DNA of 40,284 nt from a virus, in IMG/VR virus record IMGVR_UViG_3300027509_000008, positions 1 to 40,284 of that record; one strand, 5' to 3'. A program made the translations under genes and the position numbers. Every line of letters begins with the position of its first letter. Position 1 is the first letter of the stretch. The notes under the pieces were generated by a model. That model was not told the origin of the DNA and made no database searches. It was given only the letters and a program-made list of their open reading frames with translations. Below, piece after piece: positions 1 to 7,079 of the stretch.

Positions 1-127
1 AGTGCCAAAAATGTAAACGTTCCAGATAGTGCTTATGGTGAAACTGTTAGATATGCCGTAACAGAAAGTTCTACGATGGATGAAATTCTTGATTTATTTG
101 TTGCAGGATTTAATGGTTTTTGGAGGA
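1..127. repeat. Terminal overlap: bases 1-127 are identical to 40158-40284 (circular closure, assembly overlap or terminal redundancy)
   Basis: Read directly. agtgccaaaaatgtaaacgttcc...ggtttttggagga occurs at both window ends in the same orientation. Confidence 0.95.
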
Positions 128-600
128 CTGATCAAAAAGGCAAACTTGAACTAGTGGTTCCTGATGCAGATTCATCTCCAGCACTAGTATTTAATTCCGA
201 CTCTATTGTTGATGGCAGTGTACAAGAAGTAGAAGTATTTTCAGCCTTTCAAACCGTCACATTGGTTTCGAAGCAAAAGTATGAAGAAGATAATGTTGCA
301 AATGCTGCATACAGAATATCAGAAAGTACTGAAGCATTAACTGGACACTTCAACGAGGAAAAAATAATTGAAGTTGCAACAACAGATTTAACTAAGCTGG
401 CTGAACTATCGCAAATCTATACAAAACGTTATGGAGTACCTAGAAAATTATATTCAGTAGATGTGATTGATCTTGGTGCGGTAGCCGTAGTTGGAGAATA
501 TGCCATTCTCACGTCAAATTTAATAAATACTCAAGGCATTATAGAAAAGATAACGCGATCTGGTCTTTCAAGTGTCGATACAATTGAGATATTAATTTAA
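1..600 (+). CDS. Tail protein, 3' portion of the ORF that opens at 39147 (joined through the terminal overlap; about 536 aa in total)
   Basis: Frame 1 is open from base 1. The ORF-track entry 76..600 is in the same frame as the hand-translated ORF 39147..40284. The stop TAA at 598-600 overlaps the next ATG. Confidence 0.8.
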   Translation, partial: SAKNVNVPDSAYGETVRYAVTESSTMDEILDLFVAGFNGFWRTDQKGKLELVVPDADSSPALVFNSDSIVDGSVQEVEVFSAFQTVTLVSKQKYEEDNVANAAYRISESTEALTGHFNEEKIIEVATTDLTKLAELSQIYTKRYGVPRKLYSVDVIDLGAVAVVGEYAILTSNLINTQGIIEKITRSGLSSVDTIEILI

Positions 601-2051
601 TGGCACACTCACAACAAGACAACATTTATTTTTCTAGTTCTAATGTAATTGAAGATTCGTCACTTACCGTTAATGAAGATTCAAGTACACCACTTGATTG
701 GATAAAGAATTCCACACGAAGCCGTTTCACACGTTGGACCAATCCGGATGGCATATTCACAGTTAAGGCTGACCTAAAACAAAAAAGTAAAATAGCCTAT
801 TGCTGCATAGCTGGCCATGATTTGCCCCCAACTGCAAAAGTACGATTCTTGATTTACAATGAAAATGGGGATTTGCTCCATAACAGTACTTACACTGAAG
901 TTGGAGATTTAATTCCTGCTGGCGAATTTATAGCAGGGCAAGATCGCTGGAATTATGTTGGTGATGCACTCCAGAATATTCATTTTCACAAGCTTGATGT
1001 ACCGGTATTAGATGCTACAAAAGTTTGGACACAGATTGATCACGGTTATACGTATGAGCCACCACCAGAGCCGGTCACAAATGAGACAACTACTATAACG
1101 GTAGAATCGGACGGGGTATTAAGACAGTCAGATGTTACTGGTATCGTTTCAGTCGAAGCAGAGAATTGTGAAAGAACTAATGCGGGTTCAGATGCATGGG
1201 TTGAGCAAACTGATACTGATGCTTCTAATGATATTCGAATGTATAAGAACAGCAATATCTTCTATCCACAAACAGGAACCGGACCGAGTTTAAAATTTGT
1301 TTTTAATGCTGTTGATTCTGGGACTCACAAGATATGGTTACGTACTAAGTCTGAAGCCAATCAAGGTAATTCACTTTATACAGTGTTTGATGGCGATAGT
1401 TCTATAAACGTGTTCGTGCCGTATGCAGATTTTACGGATGGGAATTTTCAATGGCACAACACTAAGACTGTAAACCTTGTGGCTAATACGCTCCACTCCG
1501 TAGAAATATTCGCTCGGGATAGATTTCTCAGCGTCGATAAAATTTTAATACTTCCTAATGGCGATGCACCTCCAGCAGATAATAATGAAGGTCCAGCAGA
1601 ATCGGAGTTTGGAACGATCACTACAACCACCACTGATGGTGTAACAACTGTAGAAGAACAAATCTTTAAAAATTACGTAAATATCAGAACTATTATGGCT
1701 GGTGATTTAGTTCAGTTATTTGAAAACCCTGAACATGGCTTATCAATAAGCTACACCGATGATCCTTCAAATATAAAAACAGAAAGTGGATATTTCGTTT
1801 CTGATAAATCACAGAACAAAGTTAGAGAAGTGACTTTTGATTTGGCCGTGTTAGAAGCTCGTGATCGTCGAGTTATGGTAGAGCTAGCAAAGAAGTATAG
1901 GGGTAAACCATTCTTGGTTAATATCTATCCTACAACTGGAGGTGTTATTACAGCTCAACATCTTTTCTTGTGCAAAATAATAAACAGATTGAATTTTAGT
2001 TATGACTTACCTGATATTCACTCTACAACCGTGACATTAGGGGAGATTTAA
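600..2051 (+). CDS. Tail tip/baseplate protein with an inserted lectin/CBM-like beta-sandwich domain (aa 181-320)
   Basis: 483-aa ORF, coupled by TAATG to the upstream tail gene and lying downstream of the tape measure. The insert is flanked by Pro/Thr-rich linkers (YEPPPEPVTNETTTI and GDAPPADNNEGP...TITTTTTDG). Confidence 0.65.
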   Translation: MAHSQQDNIYFSSSNVIEDSSLTVNEDSSTPLDWIKNSTRSRFTRWTNPDGIFTVKADLKQKSKIAYCCIAGHDLPPTAKVRFLIYNENGDLLHNSTYTEVGDLIPAGEFIAGQDRWNYVGDALQNIHFHKLDVPVLDATKVWTQIDHGYTYEPPPEPVTNETTTITVESDGVLRQSDVTGIVSVEAENCERTNAGSDAWVEQTDTDASNDIRMYKNSNIFYPQTGTGPSLKFVFNAVDSGTHKIWLRTKSEANQGNSLYTVFDGDSSINVFVPYADFTDGNFQWHNTKTVNLVANTLHSVEIFARDRFLSVDKILILPNGDAPPADNNEGPAESEFGTITTTTTDGVTTVEEQIFKNYVNIRTIMAGDLVQLFENPEHGLSISYTDDPSNIKTESGYFVSDKSQNKVREVTFDLAVLEARDRRVMVELAKKYRGKPFLVNIYPTTGGVITAQHLFLCKIINRLNFSYDLPDIHSTTVTLGEI

Positions 2052-2053
2052 TA

Positions 2054-3592
2054 ATGGCTCAAATAACACCGATACCTATTCTTGATTTAACTCAGCAACG
2101 CATAAACGATGGCGATACTGACTTACTAATTTCGAAAGTAAACGAGATGCAAAACAAATTTGAAAATTGGAGTAACGCTGCTAACACATTTAGATCTGAA
2201 GTATTCGGAAGTGTCGGGCTACCTTTGGCTGGTGGTACATTGTCGGGCAATATCGTAATTGAAAAAACCAACAACGCAACAATAAATTTAGATTCTGTTG
2301 TTGGTGGTTCTAGTAATCTAAAATTCCTGAGACAAGGAATTGATGAAACTTCAATTAATAGCGGAATTGTAAGAACTCTAATAAATCGCACTGTTGGCAG
2401 TGATGCAGTAAATTTGTCGATATACAATACCTATTTTCAAGTTGATGCACCTTTATATGGAGCGCATACAACTAGCGGTGATCTAAACACAACACTATCA
2501 AGCAAATCATATGTGGATACGAAATTAGATTTGGCTGGCGGTTCAATGACTGGAAATCTGACCATTAACCATACGCTTGGAAATGCAACTTTGGTTTTAA
2601 ATTCTGCTGCTCCACATTCAGGTTTTTCTACCATCTTGTATCGTAGAGATGGAAGTAATACCTCTCTGATGCAAAGTACACATACTAGATTGTTGTCCAG
2701 ATGGGTACATTCTTCTGGTGGAACGGATACCGATTTTTCACTTTACAATTCAAGAGGTGAAATCAACAAAGAAATTCGCGGTGTTTCTACCTTGAGTAGT
2801 GATCATGCAACAACCCTCACAACAAAAGATTATGTTGATTCTGTTGCTGGAGTGCCAACGTCTGGTGGTGAGTTCACCGGTGATGTGACATTTTCTAATG
2901 GTACTAGTGACGTTGGAAAAATACTTTTACAAGAAAAGGGATCTAATGGTTCGAATACATTTCATTTTAAAGCGGCTAATTCAATGGGTGCTTCATACGG
3001 TTTAAAATTCCCTGCAAATGACCCACTTGATAACAGTTCTGATTGGGTTTTAAAAGCTAGTGGCCCTGCTGATGGTAGTGGAGATGTAGAACTATATTGG
3101 AATAGAGCTGTTATGTCGGCTGGTGGAGAATTTACTGGCCCAGTAACATTTTCAAATGGAGCTAATGATGCAGGTAAAATATTATTCAAGGAGGAAAGTA
3201 GTAATGGTACGGCATATGTTGCTTTGAAGGCAGCGCCTAATATATTTAATGGTTCTTATACTATGACTTTACCTGAGGAAAAACCTTTTACTGATTCGCG
3301 GCTGCATACTTCTGAAGTTACAGATTCTAACGGCGATTATATATCCTTTTGGGCTGATAATGAACGTGCACATACAAGGAAATTTATATTAGATGGTGAT
3401 TCATTAACACCTGATAGTGCTGAAATTGAATTTCGTACTTCTTCACTTAATTCTCTTACCTTAAAGGCAAACGTATCAAATACTGATAATTACACAATAG
3501 TATTTCCAGCAGGCAAACCATCGGTAAATCAAGTACTAAAAGTTGGTTCAATAAGTGGTGAAACGGTTAATATGATTTGGGCTGCAAATTAA
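2054..3592 (+). CDS. Tail fibre protein
   Basis: 512-aa ORF after the tail-tip genes. It has repeated (L/S)AGGxxxG modules, two 85-aa tandem repeats, and YxxxxP...W modules typical of phage fibre proteins. Confidence 0.7.
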   Translation: MAQITPIPILDLTQQRINDGDTDLLISKVNEMQNKFENWSNAANTFRSEVFGSVGLPLAGGTLSGNIVIEKTNNATINLDSVVGGSSNLKFLRQGIDETSINSGIVRTLINRTVGSDAVNLSIYNTYFQVDAPLYGAHTTSGDLNTTLSSKSYVDTKLDLAGGSMTGNLTINHTLGNATLVLNSAAPHSGFSTILYRRDGSNTSLMQSTHTRLLSRWVHSSGGTDTDFSLYNSRGEINKEIRGVSTLSSDHATTLTTKDYVDSVAGVPTSGGEFTGDVTFSNGTSDVGKILLQEKGSNGSNTFHFKAANSMGASYGLKFPANDPLDNSSDWVLKASGPADGSGDVELYWNRAVMSAGGEFTGPVTFSNGANDAGKILFKEESSNGTAYVALKAAPNIFNGSYTMTLPEEKPFTDSRLHTSEVTDSNGDYISFWADNERAHTRKFILDGDSLTPDSAEIEFRTSSLNSLTLKANVSNTDNYTIVFPAGKPSVNQVLKVGSISGETVNMIWAAN

Positions 3593-3595
3593 TAA

Positions 3596-3613
3596 CTATG
3601 TTTAAGAACATAG
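3596..3613 (+). terminator. Hairpin after the tail fibre gene (ctatgtt-taag-aacatag) with no clear T-run
   Basis: 7-bp perfect inverted repeat read in the sequence. It could be a weak terminator or a processing site. Confidence 0.3.
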
Positions 3614-3623
3614 AGAAATAATA

Positions 3624-4073
3624 ATGGAATATTTTGCAGTACTTTTTAAATACAGTTGGATGATGCTTATAGTTGTCGCGGGTGCGATAGTTAATTTATT
3701 GAAGCACTTACTGGAATCTAAACAAGATGAAGAAAACGATAATGCTTTTTCTTTGTTGCAGGGTGCATATATAACTCTTGGTAGTTTGTTCTCTGGTTCT
3801 TGTGTCGGTTTAATCTCAACTCACTTTATAGATAGCACATTAGTAATTGGTGGCTTGGCTGGTCTTGCAGGTTATCTTGGTGTTCGTGGCCTTGAAGAAG
3901 CTTTTGATATGGTTGTTGATTGGATGAATGCCATGATCAAGTCAAAAAATTCAGAAGATCGTAAAGTAAACATTAACGTAAATAATAATCGAAGAAATAG
4001 GAAAAAAACAAAACGGGCTGAAACAGAGTCTGATGATTGGGGAGTAATAGACAATGACAACGATAAAAACTAA
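3624..4073 (+). CDS. Holin-like protein (three predicted TM segments and a highly charged C-terminus)
   Basis: 149 aa. Hydrophobic segments are WMMLIVVAGAIVNLL, ITLGSLFSGSCVGLISTHFI and LVIGGLAGLAGYLGV, followed by an R/K/D/E-rich tail. It sits after the tail genes. Confidence 0.5.
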   Translation: MEYFAVLFKYSWMMLIVVAGAIVNLLKHLLESKQDEENDNAFSLLQGAYITLGSLFSGSCVGLISTHFIDSTLVIGGLAGLAGYLGVRGLEEAFDMVVDWMNAMIKSKNSEDRKVNINVNNNRRNRKKTKRAETESDDWGVIDNDNDKN

Positions 4074-4599
4074 AAACCAACGAGCAAGAAAAGCTGCTGG
4101 TTTAAGTCTAAAAGGACTATCAAAAGCTTGTTTTATTATGGGTATTATCATGTTATCAACAATCTACGCGCAGTCTCTTTTTCCTGTTGTAGCGTTTGAA
4201 GATTATGAAATAATTTCTGCAACCGATGATGAAATTATATTAAATGTCTCATTAGTGAAGTTATTAGATGAAACCAGACTTTCCGAAACAGAAATTTGGT
4301 TCGGGCGTAGTGAATTCGGACGGTATTTTCAAATTGAGGGAGAATATATCAGGGAGAATAATCCAGATTATATTGAAGGTTCTCGACCAAAAAGTTATTT
4401 AAGACAGCGCTTAGGCCAAGTAGCTTTCTACGATACCAACGATGTCATTAAAGAGCCGATTCATGAAGTAATGTTCATCCTTCAACACTCTGATGATAAC
4501 GATTTGGAATATGATTCTGAAAAACCAAAAGGCAATAGGTTCTACCAAGAGGGCGATATCAGGTTTACCGTTGTTGGTCCTTTCGATGTGACTAAATGA
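4054..4599 (+). CDS. N-terminally membrane-anchored protein of unknown function (spanin or SAR-endolysin position, but no muralytic motif seen)
   Basis: 181-aa ORF overlapping the holin-like gene by 20 nt. Basic N-terminus followed by the TM segment ACFIMGIIMLSTIYAQSLFPVV. Confidence 0.55.
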   Translation: MTTIKTKNQRARKAAGLSLKGLSKACFIMGIIMLSTIYAQSLFPVVAFEDYEIISATDDEIILNVSLVKLLDETRLSETEIWFGRSEFGRYFQIEGEYIRENNPDYIEGSRPKSYLRQRLGQVAFYDTNDVIKEPIHEVMFILQHSDDNDLEYDSEKPKGNRFYQEGDIRFTVVGPFDVTK

Positions 4600-4688
4600 A
4601 TAGAAATCAGCGTAATAAAATAAAAATGCACTTAATAATAATCGTCTTTATTATTTTAATCACTTATTCACTTGCTACAGGACTCTAA
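4596..4688 (+). CDS. Small (30 aa) single-TM protein
   Basis: ATGA overlap with the stop of the upstream ORF. Translation is MNRNQRNKIKMHLIIIVFIILITYSLATGL. It is below the length cutoff of the ORF track. Confidence 0.35.
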   Translation: MNRNQRNKIKMHLIIIVFIILITYSLATGL

Positions 4689-4693
4689 TTTTT

Positions 4694-4916
4694 ATGGCAG
4701 TAAACAAAGACAAGCTGGCTACGTGTCAGATTCAGGTAGAAGCTAGAATTAATTTATTACTTGATCATATTCAAAGAAAAACATGATCAAGGTGTTTATA
4801 TAGAATCAAAATGGTTTTTACTATTAAATAATTTAATGCAAATTGATGATGCTGCAAATAGAATGATAGGAGCTGAGGCCGGTGCTGACGGTGCTGACGC
4901 AACAGTGGGCGTTTAA
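4694..4916 (+). pseudogene. Small ORF interrupted at an A5 run. The 4694..4786 frame stops, and the +1 frame continues to 4916
   Basis: Hand translation gives MAVNKDKLATCQIQVEARINLLLDHIQRKT*. The +1 frame reads ...KHDQGVYIESKWFLLLNNLMQIDDAANRMIGAEAGADGADATVGV*. This may be a frameshift, an indel or two tiny ORFs. Confidence 0.3.
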
Positions 4917-5095
4917 GAAACTCTCTTTTTGTACTTCAATCTTTGAATTTTGGTTTGGAACATTTTCTCGGTCTTTTTTTGGTTCATGAATTTTATCAAC
5001 TGAGATATCTTCTCAGGGTCAGATAATTCGTTCCCCGAAGTTATAATTGGTCTTGTGTATGGCTTCTTTCTTGACATTATTAAGTATTTAGCCAT
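4913..5095 (-). CDS. Hypothetical small basic protein
   Basis: 60-aa ORF in the track, K/R-rich, convergent with the upstream + strand ORF (4-nt overlap TTAA). Confidence 0.45.
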   Translation of the reverse strand: MAKYLIMSRKKPYTRPIITSGNELSDPEKISQLIKFMNQKKTEKMFQTKIQRLKYKKRVS

Positions 5096-5145
5096 AGCGT
5101 TAATTCAATACAACTAAATACTAAAACACACACGAGGATTTTATT

Positions 5146-5310
5146 ATGTGGTTTTGGATATCATTATTTTTATTCGTATTTTTTATTCGCGCTTGCTATT
5201 TGATCGGTGTCTATAAAAAAGAAAACGAAAAACTAGAAGCTAATAACAAAGATATACGCGAAAAAAACAAACAGTTGATTGTTCTGAAAAATACGAAACA
5301 GTGGAAGTGA
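5146..5310 (+). CDS. Small (54 aa) membrane protein with one N-terminal TM segment and a K/E-rich tail
   Basis: ATG is preceded by GAGGA 8 nt upstream. Translation is MWFWISLFLFVFFIRACYLIGVYKKENEKLEANNKDIREKNKQLIVLKNTKQWK. Below the ORF-track cutoff. Confidence 0.5.
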   Translation: MWFWISLFLFVFFIRACYLIGVYKKENEKLEANNKDIREKNKQLIVLKNTKQWK

Positions 5311-5313
5311 AAA

Positions 5314-5808
5314 TTAACGCGCTCCATACCTAACAATAAATTCTTCTCTAGACGTTAATTGTCTATTGATGATTTGTTCAGCCTTTTTCTTTTTAGCTTG
5401 AAAAATTATATCTAAATTATTCTGTTGATCATCCAAACACTCTTTGTGAAGACTCTTGGTATCATCTTTCTTTTGAATTATTATTATCTGTTGTTGTGCA
5501 ACTGCTTTTTCTTTTGCTAATTTTTCAGCCTTTATTTTTGCGTAGTATTCTCTATTAGCAATTGCTTTTTTATGTTTATCACTTTTTCTATAAGATTCTT
5601 TTCGTTTTTCTCTGAAATAATTAGGATGCTTTAATTTATAATTAGCTGTTGCAAGTTTTGAGCATTCAGCACAACATCCATTGGCAGTGTAGCGGATTGT
5701 TTTATGTTGATCTTTACGAATACATTCAGTGCCGATATAGAAACGTGAATTAGTATCTATGGCAGTCTGTCTGTCAAACGGTATTTCTTCTTCTGTAAAT
5801 TCTTTCAT
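5314..5808 (-). CDS. Zn-knuckle protein, an HNH-less paralogue of the two HNH endonucleases
   Basis: The N-terminus (DRQTAIDTNSRFYIGTECIRKDQHKTIRYTANGCCAECSK) aligns with the N-termini of 6127..6660 and 8225..8944. The C-terminus is K/E-rich and has no DH...N...N motif. Confidence 0.65.
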   Translation of the reverse strand: MKEFTEEEIPFDRQTAIDTNSRFYIGTECIRKDQHKTIRYTANGCCAECSKLATANYKLKHPNYFREKRKESYRKSDKHKKAIANREYYAKIKAEKLAKEKAVAQQQIIIIQKKDDTKSLHKECLDDQQNNLDIIFQAKKKKAEQIINRQLTSREEFIVRYGAR

Positions 5809-5821
5809 TTTTGTTCTCCTA

Positions 5822-6145
5822 TTAAATTAGTTCTAATGCGTCTAGTGCATCAGATATTTGTTTAGTGTCTGTTTCGAATTTATTCATGGACATACAAGTA
5901 AGCAGTAGATCATGTATATCAACTTCTTCTGGGCCGGTTATATCCACCAGTTCAGAGTAGTGTTCACAATAATCAGTGTGTTTAGATTCTGAAACATTTA
6001 AGAAATAGTTATTGATTTCTTTGTATGCAGTTTCAGTCAGTGCTGATTTATTGTGTAGCCAAATATTTCTGAAGTAACTCCAACTTTCATCAGAAATAAA
6101 AAGAATCTTTTCTTCTAGGATGCTGTTCATACTGCTTTCAACCAT
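5822..6145 (-). CDS. Hypothetical protein (weak paralogue of 8931..9269 and 9774..10073)
   Basis: 107-aa ORF lying between the two Zn-knuckle genes in the same minus-strand operon. Confidence 0.6.
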   Translation of the reverse strand: MVESSMNSILEEKILFISDESWSYFRNIWLHNKSALTETAYKEINNYFLNVSESKHTDYCEHYSELVDITGPEEVDIHDLLLTCMSMNKFETDTKQISDALDALELI

Positions 6146-6660
6146 TTGATAATTTCACAATCATCTGGATTTATGATTTGTTCATCAATCTGATTAGGAT
6201 GAACCCAAGCTTCATCTTTGGTTCCTTTCTGGCAGTTCTGAGTCTTGGTGATTAGTTGCAGGTTATCTTCATGGTGTAAACCGCCATTGTGGAGAGATAT
6301 AACATGGTCCGTCTGGATTTCAGAATCATATATGGAATTTAATTCACTGGCTACGCGATAGAACTCTGCAATTTTATCTTCGTCAGCGTCTATAGGTGTT
6401 TGTAGTTTTTTTAGTGCTCTACGTTTTGCAGTGTAACCAGCACACTTATCTTTATTTGCTTGGTTCCATGCCTTTATTATTGCAGCCTGATATTCTGTAT
6501 TATCATTTCTGTATTTTGCACTTCGTTCTTTACCACACTCGACACAACAACCACTTTTAGTTCTACGTTCAGATGTATGGCCATGAATGCATGGTTTTTT
6601 CGTATTATATAATGGTGCTTTAATTCTTATAGCTTCAGCTCGATTGTTTGGATAGTTCAT
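6127..6660 (-). CDS. HNH endonuclease with an N-terminal Zn-knuckle
   Basis: The motif TDHVISLHNGGLHHEDNLQLITKTQNCQKG matches the HNH pattern (DH..x..GG..x..NL..x..N..K). The N-terminus carries PCIHGHTSERRTKSGCCVECGK. Confidence 0.85.
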   Translation of the reverse strand: MNYPNNRAEAIRIKAPLYNTKKPCIHGHTSERRTKSGCCVECGKERSAKYRNDNTEYQAAIIKAWNQANKDKCAGYTAKRRALKKLQTPIDADEDKIAEFYRVASELNSIYDSEIQTDHVISLHNGGLHHEDNLQLITKTQNCQKGTKDEAWVHPNQIDEQIINPDDCEIIKWLKAV

Positions 6661-6706
6661 TTTCTATTTCCTTTTATTATTATTGTTTTTCTGTTCCTCT
6701 TATTTC

Positions 6707-6714
6707 TATTTATG
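6707..6714 (-). promoter_or_regulatory. CATAAATA -10-like motif upstream of the minus-strand operon 6660..5314
   Basis: The reverse complement reads agCATAAATAgaaataagaggaac...ATG. Confidence 0.35.
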
Positions 6715-6762
6715 CTGGAAGCACTCCAGGAAATCTTTTTTTGAATTAATTGTTAGTGCTTG

Positions 6763-6770
6763 CATAAATA
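6763..6770 (+). promoter_or_regulatory. CATAAATA -10-like motif upstream of 6793..7056 (member of a divergent promoter pair)
   Basis: gcttgCATAAATAaaataacaattGGAGaattaaaATG. Confidence 0.35.
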
Positions 6771-6792
6771 AAATAACAATTGGAGAATTAAA

Positions 6793-7056
6793 ATGAATAT
6801 TAAAAATAGAATTAAAAGTGTTAGAACAGAAGTAATGGTTTCACTGCATCATGCGCTGAAGTGGGATAGTTTGTTATTCATGGCAGTAGTGTTTTTTGCG
6901 TTATCGTTTATTCCAGCCGTTAAAGAAGACAGTCTAGAATTATTGAATATGATAATAACTTTCTTTATTTTATATGTGATTGTTTTTACTTTGACACTGG
7001 TAAAACAGTTGGTGGTGGAACAATGGAAAAAGAGAAAGCCTAAAGCTATAATTTAA
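6793..7056 (+). CDS. Small membrane protein (two TM segments)
   Basis: 87 aa. Hydrophobic segments are LLFMAVVFFALSFIPAV and MIITFFILYVIVFTLTLV. A GGAG lies 8 nt upstream of the ATG. Confidence 0.6.
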   Translation: MNIKNRIKSVRTEVMVSLHHALKWDSLLFMAVVFFALSFIPAVKEDSLELLNMIITFFILYVIVFTLTLVKQLVVEQWKKRKPKAII

Positions 7057-7079
7057 TTATAGTGTGTGGAGTGCTGGGT

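Noticed and set aside
1046-3189. Minus-strand ORFs inside the tail genes (1046..1255, 1448..1633, 2092..2427, 2437..2634, 2962..3189) and inside the holin region (3872..4151)
   Set aside because: These are antisense shadows of + strand genes that are translationally coupled to each other.
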